A stretch of DNA of 63,847 nt, counting the filler, from Reticulomyxa filosa (taxonomy: Eukaryota; Protista; Foraminifera), in assembly GCA_000512085.1 (NCBI GenBank). It is 22 parts of 22 records of this genome, joined end to end, with 100 filler letters (N's around TTAATTAATTAA, not from the genome) between each part and the next. Parts side by side here need not be neighbours in the genome. Positions count along the whole stretch, not along the records: positions 4,281 to 9,077 come from ASPP01009726.1; positions 9,178 to 11,088 come from ASPP01029209.1; positions 11,189 to 14,001 come from ASPP01019484.1; positions 14,102 to 17,822 come from ASPP01010793.1; positions 17,923 to 20,378 come from ASPP01011539.1; positions 20,479 to 23,385 come from ASPP01028827.1; 16 more parts are not named here. One strand, given 5' to 3'. The first letter of the stretch is position 1. Each line of letters starts with the position of its first letter. Positions 8,963 to 21,659 of the stretch are shown here, one piece after another. Both the position numbers and the translations under genes were made by a program. The notes beneath the pieces were generated by a model. The model made no database searches. It was not told the DNA's origin and worked only from the letters and a program-made list of their open reading frames with translations.

Positions 8963-10744
8963 GTTTAGTTTAGTTTCGTCTGATCTTTTTTGTTTGTTTA
9001 TTTGTTTGTTGTGATCCACGTCAACTGTGTACATATTCATATTTGTATATATGTGTATATGTATATATAAATGTATANNNNNNNNNNNNNNNNNNNNNNN
9101 NNNNNNNNNNNNNNNNNNNNNTTAATTAATTAANNNNNNNNNNNNNNNNNNNNNNNNNNNNNNNNNNNNNNNNNNNNTCCATTGCTTGAAAAAGTATTTT
9201 TGTATACATCTTTATACGTGTACTGATTATACATTTATATGTGTTGCTTGAAATTTTTGAATAGATATTTAAAAGTGTACAAATGAAGATGGACAGTTGT
9301 CGCTGTTTACATTACCATTGGTGCTGCAGTAACTTCGTAGCAGTAATGGCAACAGTAGCAGCAAGTATCGATGATTGCCGACATGAAAGTAAACAAAGTG
9401 GTAAATAATTGCCAAATTGTTGCTGGTGGAAATCCAATATAACGAATCATGGAGCCACACTACAACGTGTGCATGTCATTGAACAAATTTCAATTTTAGT
9501 GATGGCGCGCATTGGATATGGGTCATGGTACTGCGCTTTGAATGGCTTACAATTTTAAAAAAAAATTGAAGGTCTATGTCATGTAATGTGGCGCATGATA
9601 TATTAAAAGAAACCGGACAATTTGAAAGTGGTAAGCTGATTATTATCATGTCATTTGCGCAACCTATATTTCCAAGTTATAACGTTTCTTATAATGTGAT
9701 TGAAATATGTATGATCAATACATACGTATATAACATAGCCTACAAAGACAATACCTGTTTATTGAGCAATTGGAAAGTGGCTGTTGTGGTTGCGGTTCCA
9801 GCAAGCAAGGTGAAGTGAAATTCAAACAACGTCAAGTTGGCGGCATATTTGTCACAAGCATTTGACACTTGCCTCAAATTTTTTGATTAAAAATTTCTTT
9901 TTGTGTGAATTTGTTTGTGCATTTTTTTGGAATAATAATTCAACTCCAATCTCCAGCTAACCTAACATCTTTCTAGTCTAATTAAATTAAATTTCTCACA
10001 AAAAATTTCTGAATATTTTAAAAGAAAGTCGAAAATATGTAAATATTGATTTTGCTCATCTAGTTTTAACTTGCGTCTTTGAAAAAACTGATAACTGGAA
10101 TTAATTGCAGGTGATAATATGCAATAGACTGATTTTGCACTCTTTTATTGTTTAGAGTTGGCGCCAAAAAAAAAACAATAACATTAGATGAGTCCAATTC
10201 ATATCAAGTGCTTCAAAAGAATCACATGTAAGCGTCGACTGTGCAAAATAGGAATTGATTCTTGCCATTATTCCTGGCAAAAAAGACTTCAAGTAGTATC
10301 TTCTTGCCATCATGTAGAAGTAGATGCAAAAAGGATACCTGTAACAGAAAGGAACAAGAAGATGATAAAGAAAAGAAGTAGAGTTTAAAGCCAATGAGAA
10401 CAAAAATGGTAGTAATATTGGAAATTGGAAAGATGTGCAAGTTCTTTGGTCATGAAAACGAACAAAAGGACTAGGAAATTTCAAAAAAAAAGAAAACATG
10501 AATAGTAATAATACAAGGGAAAAGAAAGCAAAAATGGGCTAAAAGTACAGAAATAAGAAAACAGTTAAAAAAAAAAGAAACAAATGAAGAGAGGCCAACA
10601 ATGATGACCATGATAGTCGTGATAAAATCATTTGTGTTTGGAATATTGAAAATAACTACAAATTTCATCAATTCAATTGACACTAATAGCGTTGTTGGAA
10701 TTGAATTTCTTCGTTGGCGAGTTTCAATTCCACCAGCCTCCGTC

Positions 10745-10856
10745 TTATTTCTTTCCACTGTTGGAGAATCCTTTTTTTTTTAATTGTATCTTTTTTGATA
10801 AGAGATTAAAGCTTCAGAAAAAAAAAAGGGTGTGTTTTTGATAGGTTATTGTATAC
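10745..10856. repeat. Dispersed ~112-bp repeat, copy 1
   Basis: ttatttctttccactgttggagaatcc(t)n aattgtatcttttttgataagagat...gggtgtgtttttgataggttattgtatac, nearly identical to 23273-23385. Confidence 0.9.
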
Positions 10857-13149
10857 GTTGTTTTTCCCCCTTAGTGACTACTTTTTTTATCATCTACGCA
10901 AAAAAACAAAAAAAATGTATATTTATCAATCCGATCCCCACCTCCTGAAATGTTCAGAAAGTATAATTTTGTTGCACTGGTAACAAGTCGCTTTTTTTTT
11001 AGGTGCTACATTCCAAATATCATCGTGTTGATTGTGTATACGTTTACCTGTGATTTTTCCTCTGCTTTTTTTGTATTCGGTATCAGATNNNNNNNNNNNN
11101 NNNNNNNNNNNNNNNNNNNNNNNNNNNNNNNNTTAATTAATTAANNNNNNNNNNNNNNNNNNNNNNNNNNNNNNNNNNNNNNNNNNNNATGAATGAAACG
11201 TTTAATTCGTTTCTGAATTTGATGAAAAATCTTTGTTAGTAATAGCGTCATTTGCTCAATTTGCATGTAGCCAATGGCATACATTAGTTGTTATGCCGTT
11301 AGATTTTGTATATTTTTTCTAGAGGCAATATTCTATAATTCCATATTTTTCAGACGAAGCAACACTACGACGTACCACATATACAACATTGACAGCTTGA
11401 AATGTTGTTCAACAAACAGTTGCAGTGTTGAGTATAATAAAAAAAATTTAAAAACAAATTTTTCATTGGTATTCAAAAGTTATATGTTTTCCTTTTTCTT
11501 AATGATAAATTAAAGTACCCATCAAAGAAAAAATATGTCTTTGAATGTAAGTTAAAGGAATTCTTAGCTTTATTTTTTGGAAAAAATATATTTATTTAGT
11601 GAAATTGTTCTCATTATACTCTTTAAATGATATCAAAGGTAATGTTAGTGCTCTTTCACTTTTGCAAGTCAATGTTTTTTTTTAACTCAACTTGGATTAT
11701 TCTTTCAATTTGTCTAAAAATTACCTTATCTTTTGACTTGTAAGTTGATGCAAAGGCAGCGTTTTACTCCTTTAACTTAAGTAAGACATGAAAGATAAAA
11801 AAAAAGTAAATGGAGCTACCCCTTTTTAGAACACTTTGTTGATATTTCAAATAAATCAAATAAAATCATTTTATAAAAACTTCAAATCTTTTTTTAACAT
11901 TATTTTTGCATAAAATTCTTTTGGAATTAGTTGAATTAAAAAATATATTCAACTCTTTAAAAATGTGTCTTGAATGTGCCTATTTCTGAATATATGCTTA
12001 TTTATTTAAAATAATAAATATATATTTATTTAAAGAAATTTAATGTATGAACTGATGTTATATTCATTTGCGATATGAAAAAAAGAAATTTGAATTACTA
12101 AACAAGAAATATTCACAAAAAATTTGCTGGAATGATATTTAACGAAATGACTTGTCTTCTTTGTTATTTGTATGAACAATGTTCAAATTTCATAATAAGC
12201 ATCAAACTTTTGTTGTAAAAGACAATTCTGTTCAAAAAAGTTGTTGAAAAATTTTTAAAAAAGTGTTGTTCATGTACTTATTTTTGAACATAGCACATTT
12301 TATATATAAATGGTAATTTTTGATAATTTAAATAAGTTTAAACTTATGTTATGAAAGAGAATATGTAAATGAAAGTTTTTGGTATCACACAAATTCAAAA
12401 AAAAATCAAACTCAAAATTCCTTGAAAAAATTTTACTCAGATTCTCTTTGCCTTTTTTCATACACCTCCGTCTCTCTTTACTTCCTTATGCTGAAATGCA
12501 CACACAAGCAAGTATCAATGGATTGTTCAAGATCATCAAATAATTATCTTGTGCTTGGTAACGTCGCTTTAATTTTTCTTTCGTTGCATCCAATTCTTCA
12601 GCAGGATTTTGTTTCCCTGTTTGATTGCCCATGATTTAACTTTGACACATTTGATCTGGTGTTTTAAAAAAAAAAAAATTGAGAAATAAACACCTCACTT
12701 CTAGTGTGAATATTTTTTATTTTGGTTTGATTTTGTTTTTTTCACTTTTTTGTTTAATTGTTTTATAAGTAAATATTTTTTAATTTCTTTTTTCCTGCAA
12801 GTTTTTCAAATGCCTTTTTTCTGGTTGAATTGAGTTTTCATATTTCGATCAACACTTTTAACAAAATCTTTAAAAAATTCCTTGGAGCGATATGCTGAAA
12901 AAAGAGACATTTTTTTGATACGTGATTTTTCTTTACAAGATGCCAGTCAAAGTTTTAACAAAAAAAAAACCATACAAAAACACGAATTTTTTTTCACAAG
13001 TCTGTAACTTATTTAGTAATCGGCTATGAGTAAAGGTGACACAAAAAAAAACGGAAAAGCGTAGTGGAAAAAAAAAAGGGATAGGTTTGAAAAAAAAAGG
13101 ATGGTATTTTGTTAGAGGTGGAGCAGGCGAGACAGCAAGGAGAGATTGA

Positions 13150-14001
13150 TCATGCAAAGGCGTTTGCGTTTCGTTTTGATTTTTGTTGACAAGGTTTATT
13201 GTCAGGAACTTTCATTCGAATGTTACGAGCGTCACGCAATGTTTGTGTATTTACTGCAGAGAAACAAATACGAGTAGGCATTTGAACAGCCGAACATCTT
13301 CTGTTTGACCCTGTCGAAAAACGACTCATAAGTGCTGGGTGCCATGTGGCATTAGACTTGACAATCTTTTTGGCCTTTGCTTCTTCGGCCTGCGCATGAT
13401 CTGAGTCATGCGTTCAAAGTATTTCATTGTGCACGGACTGCGAGTTCAATTGCTCCAATTCTTCTTTCGTTTTCCGACTTATTTAATACATTATCCAATA
13501 TTGCTCCTTTCAACGCTTTTCCACGTCGTCTTTCTTCTTTTGCAACTCTTTCGTGTAGCTCTTTATAACCGTCTGCATGTCGGTGGTCCTCTTCATCTCT
13601 CTCCCAAAAGGGTATCCACTTCCTCCAGGCTTTTTCGAAGCTCTACCAAACATCTCTTGTTCACATGTGTGTAGCTCAAACTCGACCTCCTTTTCGATCA
13701 TTTCTTGTTTTCATTTCTCCAATGTAAGCAACTCTGCTTCGCATTTAATCTTCTCCTCTTTACACAACTCGTTCAATAAAGCATTGTGTTTGGTCAGAAG
13801 CTTCAAGTCGTGCTCCTTCATGTGCACTATTCGATTTCAATTCCTCGTTCTCCTTGGCTAAGTTCTTTATCACCTCCGTCGCATTGGTTCCTTTGGTCCA
13901 ATGCCTCCTCCAAACGCTTTAGGTTGCGTTCCGTCGTCAAGTCCGCCAATGTCTTCACCAACTCGTTCCTCTGCTTGTCTGTCAATGATGACACGTACTT
14001 T
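13150..14001 (-). pseudogene. Disrupted coiled-coil protein fragment
   Basis: Coding-like E/K-rich segments (KQRNELVKTLADLTTERNLKRLEEALD; KHNALLNELCKEEKIKCEAELL; EMIEKEVEFEL) broken by stops and frame changes. Confidence 0.4.
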
Positions 14002-14110
14002 NNNNNNNNNNNNNNNNNNNNNNNNNNNNNNNNNNNNNNNNNNNNTTAATTAATTAANNNNNNNNNNNNNNNNNNNNNNNNNNNNNNNNNNNNNNNNNNN
14101 NAAATTTTTT

Positions 14111-14146
<36 letters not shown>

Positions 14147-14227
14147 GCATTGGCTTTTTGCTTCAAACAATATTGTGTAAAGATCATGGGAGGAGGAGGA
14201 CTGTTTGTTGTAAAGCGTGCACAAAAC

Positions 14228-14797
14228 AGGATTTGGGTGGCTAGTTGCATCTTTTTGAAAAATGTTGACAACCAATATGGTTTTCTCGGGCTGAGATCGA
14301 GCGTAGTTGATTATGTACAGGTACACCAATTTCTTCAATTCAATGTTGTCTGTTGCCATGCTCTATACCATTTTGTTAGTATGCGTGCCACATATGTGTT
14401 CCGATCTTTTTTTTGTATGTGTTTTTCGTGTTGTTGTTATGCAGAGGAGGGGAAGTATTAAATAACTTTGATCACATCGGGGAACAATGTTGATACATCT
14501 TTTCCTACTGTCATTGCTGCGATCACTTTTTTTACAGCTTCTTTGGTTTTTGCCTTAGTAACAGATTTTCACATAAGCGAATTGATTTTTTTTAAAAAAA
14601 AAAAAAAGAGCATAGACAATTCTCAATCGAGAAGTTTATCTTTTTAAAAGAATACAAAAAAATTATCACGACGGTCATGTGTCCAACATGACGCGCAAAA
14701 CCGTAGTAACCTTGTCAACCGAGTTCAGGTCATCTTGCAACTCTTTGATTTCTCCTTTGTTTGTTGTCTGGAAATACTTTGCGTCACCACCTGACAT
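14228..14797 (-). CDS. AP1B1/AP2B1: AP-1/AP-2 complex beta subunit (beta-adaptin), first three exons, 3'-truncated
   Basis: Exon 14797-14711 [29 protein letters not shown]. Exon 14553-14467 [29 protein letters not shown]. Exon 14362-14228 [26 protein letters not shown]...HPNP. All with GT-AG boundaries. Confidence 0.93.
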
Positions 14798-15767
14798 TGT
14801 CCTTTACTGACTTGATATGTCAAACAACCGAAGTCAAATTAACCGCAAAAAAAATCCAAAAAAAATTTAATATATTGTTTTTCTGCCCCCTCTTTATCTT
14901 CCTTAGCTTTGTTTTGTTATCTCATCTGCCTTGAGATTTTCACAAATTAGCCAATTTTGACGTTAAACTAAAATTAAACATGGTGCGCTTTTTGAGTTTT
15001 TAAAAAATAGCCAAGATATTCTGTCTATTAACGCATCAGATACTAGTTGAACATGCAAATCAAAGCACGACCAGCTTTTCAACAAGAAAAACACGTATAT
15101 TTATTGCCCTTTCCAAAAAACATAGAAATCCAGCTGTTTGTGTTGTATCTACTGGTGTAATGAATAAACAGCATAACCACAAGGGGCAAAGTGAGGGAAG
15201 GGGGAAAAAAGGACGCCACCTAATGATACAGTTGAAATATTTCAGACCGTGGATACTCTCAGTTGTCATTTTTGTGTGAAAAAGATTATCATCATTATTA
15301 TTTGAAGCTGTTGCGATGACAACAGATGAAATTTCTTTGTCTTCGATGACAACCCATTCGCACGAAGAAGCAGTTTTTGTAAGGATTGCCAACAAAAAAC
15401 AAAACAAAAAAAAGGTGGAACAATGAAAAGGAGCTTAGTGAGGAAAACACCTTTTCCTTCTTCCTTTCTGCATACAGAACGAACCAATCCACGTGGCGCC
15501 GAACATCCGAGCGACTCCAATCTCAACCGAAGACATTTCGCCCTCAAAACGTTTGAGAAATTTGTGCATCAAATAAAATGACAAACAAATCAAAAAACTT
15601 AAAAACAAAACAAAACAAAAAAATAGGAAGGAAACTAAATAACCATGGTTATGTGAATGTCTATGATTCGCAGTTAAGAAGGTAATAATAATAACAAAGG
15701 GCGTGTAAATACCAGTTGATAAAAATGCAAACATTAAAAAAACAAACAAACAAACAAACAAACAAAC

Positions 15768-16017
15768 AATGTGAGAGAAGTGTGAATGGAATATGGATGG
15801 ACAATGACGAATCAGAAACCCTGGCATTGTATGAAATAAGAGAAGGTATCATAGCAGGGTACTATGACTCCCCTGACGAATGTCCAGTCTTTGGTCGTAT
15901 TGATGGTATGGTATGCTTTTTTTTTTTTTTTTTAAATGTCTTGCGACATGTGTGTGTGTGTGTGTTAGTGGAATATACTAACAATGATAATAATGACAAT
16001 AAACAATAACAACAAAC

Positions 16018-16068
<51 letters not shown>

Positions 16069-17248
16069 AATAAAAATAATAAAAAAAAGGGAATGAATTA
16101 TCGTACAGACAATTTTTTAGTGAAGGTGTAATGATCGACTCGAGTGCGAATATGATAATCCCAACACAAACGCCATTGATGCCTTATTTAGAGATAGAAT
16201 GGACTATTGTCGGGAGCAACCAATTTGGCTCTAAGCAGTTTTTTTGGAAAAGACCTTTGGATACGGCCATCATTCAACAGATTCAACGCATTCAATCCGA
16301 TCCACCAGTTTTGTTTTTTTTTTTTTTTTTTTTTAAATTTTGTTTTGCAAACTTTGGACAAAAATAAGGAAATGAACCTCAAATGTTTTTTTGTTTTGTT
16401 TATTTAAAAAAAAAATACAATAAGGGTCAGTGCGTTGGATACGATGTGAAGTTAATAGACAGAATGAACGGAATAGACAACAACAGAAATGACAACGAAC
16501 ACACGTATAAGGGAGAGGCGACAATGGACCAAGCCCGACATGGTGTTGTCAACCACATGCATGTCGATCATTGGCGGCGCCATAGTCACGGTCACAATCA
16601 CAATCACAATCACAATCACAATCATAACCATAATCACAACCACAATAATAGCTATAATTACAATAATAACACTGCCAATACCAATGCTTCCGCAAACGCA
16701 TCTCCTTTTTATTCCCAACATTTTACCCACTCTTCAAGACACTTTGGAGATGGAAAAGGAGATCGAGAACGAGAACGAGAAAGAGGTAGAGACAACAAAA
16801 GAGGAGGTTTGTATTTTTGCATTGTGTGTTGTATATTGTGTGTATGTGACATTCCCTTTTTCTATTCAATGTAAATGTTTGTGATGTGGAATGGATTTCA
16901 GATAGGTACAACGAATGTTCGACCGCCTTCCACTGGACAAACAACAAAACGCACGACACGATTGTGGGCGAGAACAACGGAAATATCAATTCCAACATCA
17001 ATGCCAATATCAGTACCAATGTCAATATCAATGCTAATGCCAATGGTGTTGACAGTATCAACGGTGGTGACGCATTGGCGAGAAAATCTGCGTTGGCAAT
17101 GCACTATCCCAATGATCTCGTTACCCCACAAACGCGAGTAACTGTGCCACCCTACCATTATCCTGTTACCCATTCCTCCGTGTCAAGATTACCAAATTTG
17201 GATTTTTTGAATGCTACCTATAATAATAGCAATGGCAATAACAATAAC

Positions 17249-17291
<43 letters not shown>

Positions 17292-17822
17292 TTAACAATA
17301 ATAACAATACCACTTATGATAATTCGTTGACAATGCAGGTCCTCTCTTCTGTTCATTTTCCAGACAGCTCTTCTCCATTGCAAACAAACACGTATAATTG
17401 AAAAAGCAACAAAACCACAACCCGATGAAATACACACATCCATCCAACACGATACCAACATAAAAACAAAAACAGACCAAACAAAATTAACACAACAAAA
17501 TACAAACAAACAAAAAAACAACCGAGCAGATGACAACCGAACGTAACGATTTTAGACGGAAAGAAAGCATTTCAATGACACACAGTGCAAAGAGGTCGGA
17601 TGATGTATCTCGTGACAGAGACCGAGATCGAGATCGAGACCGAGACCGAGATAGAGATAGGGATAGAGACAGAGAAAAAGATAGAGAAAGAGAAAGAGAC
17701 AGAGATAGAAATAGAGATAGAGATAAAGATCGAGATATCAAACAAGGTGATAACAAGACACACAAATACAAGTACAAGTACAAGGACCGAGAACGCGACA
17801 GAGACAAAGATAGAGAAAGAGA
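15768..17822 (+). CDS. Multi-exon hypothetical protein with HN-, N- and DR-rich low-complexity regions
   Basis: Exon-like blocks (CERSVNGIWMDNDESETLALYEIREGIIAGYYD; PYLEIEWTIVGSNQFGSKQFFW; GQCVGYDVKL; RYNECSTAFHW) separated by T-rich/A-rich introns. No family recognised and boundaries are uncertain. Confidence 0.45.
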
Positions 17823-17976
17823 NNNNNNNNNNNNNNNNNNNNNNNNNNNNNNNNNNNNNNNNNNNNTTAATTAATTAANNNNNNNNNNNNNNNNNNNNNN
17901 NNNNNNNNNNNNNNNNNNNNNNTTTTTTTTTTTTTTTAAATAAAAAAAAAAAAAAAAAAAAAAAAACAAACAAAAG

Positions 17977-19094
17977 TATGAAATGCAATTGCTGTGGAGC
18001 ATTTATGTCGGAACGATGGCAATATTTTTGGCTTGGTACGGAATTGGGCTGTTCGTGCATTATGACGCCTTTGCGGTCTTTTTGGTTGCGGAAAATTTTG
18101 CGCCGATGTTTATGATAACAATACTGTTTGTAGTATTAGTTTGGACAGTAGATTTCAAACTGCAAAGCCATGGACTACTCGCTGTTGACGATGCTTATGC
18201 TTCCATGTGGGAAATGGCGGAGAAAAACAAGCCCAAAGATAAAAATGAAAAAATCACAAAATTCTTCAAAGCGAAAAAAAAAAACCACTCGATCAACGAT
18301 ATCATGGCCGTTCTTATGGACGATAATGGGTTCGAGATATTTATGGAACATTTACTGCATGAGTTTAGTTCCGAAGCGCTTCTCAGTTTAGTTTTCTCAA
18401 CTCTATTGATGTTCAAGCGAAACAACAACAAGACAAATTGTAAAACGAAAGTGACCTCCAAATAAAAGAAGTACTTTTTTTTGTTGTGTGTGTTTATATT
18501 CACAAAGGCGTCGTTGAAATAAGTCAGCTGAAGCAATTAGTCAAGACAAAGTTCGGCTATGTCTGCACTTGCAATGATAAAGATGCCCTCACAGACGAAA
18601 CCTTGGACGACGGCATCACACAAAACATCATACAGGCGTCGAAACGTGAACATACGACAGTGACAGTGTCCAGTTGGAGTGGCAGTGGGAACAGCGACCA
18701 GGAAAGCATATCCGGGATGAAACTAAAAGTATATCCACGGGTCGAGGGATATCGTCTTCCCTCTATTGTCCCCCAAAGTGGGATCGTTTTCCAAGAAGTT
18801 GAAGACTTTTATGTCGTCATTGAAGCATTGTACAAAAAATATATTTGCAGTGGTGCTATTCACGAAGTCAACATTGGATATGATTTGAGGGTTATCATGG
18901 AAGATCGAATGGCGTGGATCGAAGAGCTATTCCATGACAAACACTTGTCTCACGACAAAAAAGAACTTAAAAAATGGTGCTATCACATTTTTGATCCGGT
19001 CGTTGAAGAAATGTTTACATTAATGGAGGATCCCTTTTTGCGATTCTCTTCTACTCCTGTCTATAAACAGTGGCAAGAAAGAACTTCAGCATAA
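17977..19094 (+). CDS. Transmembrane RGS-domain protein (probable 7TM-RGS), 5'-truncated
   Basis: Two hydrophobic helices followed by an RGS box: VLMDDNGFEIFMEHLLHEFSSEALL-S-VVEI...LYKKYICSGAIHEVNIGYDLR...IFDPVVEEMFTLMEDPFLRFSSTPVY. Intron 18386-18507 restores the frame. Stop is TAA at 19092-19094. Confidence 0.85.
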
Positions 19095-19747
19095 ATTTAG
19101 ATTCGTTTTTTATTTTTTTTTTTATTATTTTTTTTGGGAGGGTGGCTTTTTGTTTGTTTTTCAAGTAAATCACTCACAAGTTTGGTGTTTATGTACCCTG
19201 TGCATAAACTCAAGTTCTATTGTGAGTGTTTTTTTCTGGAATTGTTGCTATTGTTTCTTAAATCAAATAACAACAATCGTTTTCGTATCCTCGCATTTTT
19301 CTTCGGTTTTTTTTTTGTTTTATTTTACTTTTTGTTTGTTTCTATCTTTTTCTGCCATAATTGCGTCAAGTTTGTTTTGTACAAAAACGCATGTGAATTT
19401 GTAAGCTTCTTAAAGTTAGTGGACCACCTTGAGTAATATTCACTTTGTTCATTAAATTTTGTTAAAAAAAAAAGGGCGGTTTATGCCCTCTACTCAATAT
19501 CACAAATACCCCAAAACACTACATAAAAAAATTGAGAAGTAATGGTCACCAAAACAACAATTTAAAGTTTTTCACGATTTGGGTTTTCTCTTTTTCACAA
19601 AATTTAAATACATTTCTCGTGTTTTCTCAGTGTTGGGTTCCGCAATAATTCCATTTTTATCAGTCTTTAAGCCTATATCGACGCCCCAATGCAAATAAAA
19701 AAAAAAAATGTATACAAATAATAATTTTTTTCTCGCTTCCTATCTTC

Positions 19748-20358
19748 TTATAACAAACCGAAGTAGCAAATGGACTGTTTCTTGGGATTGTCAAATTCAA
19801 AGTTGTGAACAACGTGATGAATCAAGTTACAAATGAATTGCTGTGACAGGTCCGAAGGTTCAATTTCGGTGCTCCCGTAATGACTACGATCAAATGGATC
19901 GAAAGTGCGACTTAAGTCAATGACAGGAATGGAATACATTTCGGCTAAAGTCAACAGTTGTTTCACGCCCCAGTCCAGCATTTGTAAAAGCTGTTCACGT
20001 GGCAGCAGGTTACCCAACCAATTACGATGAGGTTCATATACAATTACCTAATTTCACAATCCCAGTCTGGTGTTTTTTTCAATTAGGACAAATACGTTAA
20101 AAAAAAAAAAAAAATTATATATATATACATATATACGCGTGCATATGTGTATATACGTATACAAATGTATAATAAACATAATGCAAGTCATATTGCTAAC
20201 CATGATGACGTGGCAATCTAAATTATCTTCTTGGGTGAGTTGCTCGAGTACTTGCACATAGTCATCTTGAAATCCACTGCTGGCCACTTTGGTTAGAATT
20301 TTCTGTATGTTAGCCGCTCCCTCTCCAAATACCAATGCTTCTCGAAAGTTATTTCCTC
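19748..20358 (-). CDS. SGNH/GDSL hydrolase-like protein, 5'-truncated
   Basis: GGNN (block III-like), then VIVYEP...YSIPVIDLSRTFDPFDRSHYGSTEIEPSDLSQQFICNLI. One intron at about 20049-20200. Confidence 0.6.
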
Positions 20359-20478
20359 CTTTTTTTTTTTTTTTTTTTNNNNNNNNNNNNNNNNNNNNNN
20401 NNNNNNNNNNNNNNNNNNNNNNTTAATTAATTAANNNNNNNNNNNNNNNNNNNNNNNNNNNNNNNNNNNNNNNNNNNN

Positions 20479-21035
20479 AATAATAAAATGAATAATATTG
20501 GTGTGATTGGTGGAAATGGATATACAATTTGTTCTGGATCATCTGATGAAACCATTAGAATATGGGATATTGAAACAACGAAACAATTCAATATGTTCAA
20601 ATGACATGAAAATTCGATTAGGAGTGTAAAATATGGATCAAATGAATTATTAAATACAATATTATCTGGATCAGAAGATACAAGTGTTCGTTTGTGGGAT
20701 ATTCGATCTGGTCAACAAATTCAACTGTTCAATGGACATACAAAGTATGTATTGTCTGTTGAATATTCACCATTTGTAATAAAGAATAGTATTGTTAATT
20801 CAAATATGATATGTTCTGGATCATGGGATAATACAATTCGTTTTTGGGATATTTGATCAAATAAGAATCAATTGTATATGATCAAAGAAAGTGATGGAGA
20901 ATATGATGTAAAATACGATGGAATAATGTGTCTTAAATTTATTGGATTGAAAAAGAAAGAAACACAAAGAATATTACACATGATATCAATTTGTGTTATG
21001 GTTCAAATAATGGCCTTATTCGTATTTGGGGATAA
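20479..21035 (+). pseudogene. WD40 family pseudogene (second family)
   Basis: GGNGYTICSGSSDETIRIWDIE... with in-frame TGA at 20602 (G of GH) and 20854 (R of WDIR), plus a frameshift before NLCYGSNNGLIRIWG*. Confidence 0.85.
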
Positions 21036-21659
21036 TTTACTTTTCGTCGAATAAAAAATGAAAATATTTTTATTTGAAAAGTTTGATTAAAAGAAAAGTA
21101 AGGTTGTTTAATTTATTTGATTTGATTGAATGCAAGCATTGAAAGATATGTTCTATCTTGTTTAAAAAATTGAAAAGATGTGTTCAACGTTTTTTAAAGA
21201 ATTCAAAAGCATAATAAATACGGTAGTTTGCAAAGAAAACTGACGCATAAAACATATTAAATGTATGAATTGTTATTTGTGTCAATAAAAAAAATGTTTA
21301 CGCAAAGCTCTAGCAATAAATACATTCTCAAAATCTTTATGCATAATAATAACACGCCATCATGCAATACAAATTATCATTGGCATATGTGCCATTTTAT
21401 TTAGAAAAAAAAACATTCATGTTTGTAGAAGTTCTAAATCAAAAAAAGGGTTAACTTCATCATCATGCTCGAACAATTTCGACAAACGTTTCCCCAGATA
21501 GATCAAGAGATCGTTTTAAACGCATGGAACAAATGTAATAAAAATGTTGAAAAGACAAAAGCGCTCTTAACTTGGATAACAGAGAACACGTAACAACAAA
21601 TTTTTATTTATTTCTATTTTTTTATATACAAAAACATCGTGTTGCTTCATATTTTTTTA

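Noticed and set aside
10188-10400. Possible RPL27 remnant (VTERNKKMIKKRSRV then KP)
   Set aside because: Only one short basic motif resembles eL27. The rest could not be aligned by eye.
12486-12632. Short minus-strand ORF MGNQTGKQ...NNPLILACVCISA with a myristoylation-like start
   Set aside because: Only 48 codons with no continuing homology. Possibly a gene relic but not supportable.
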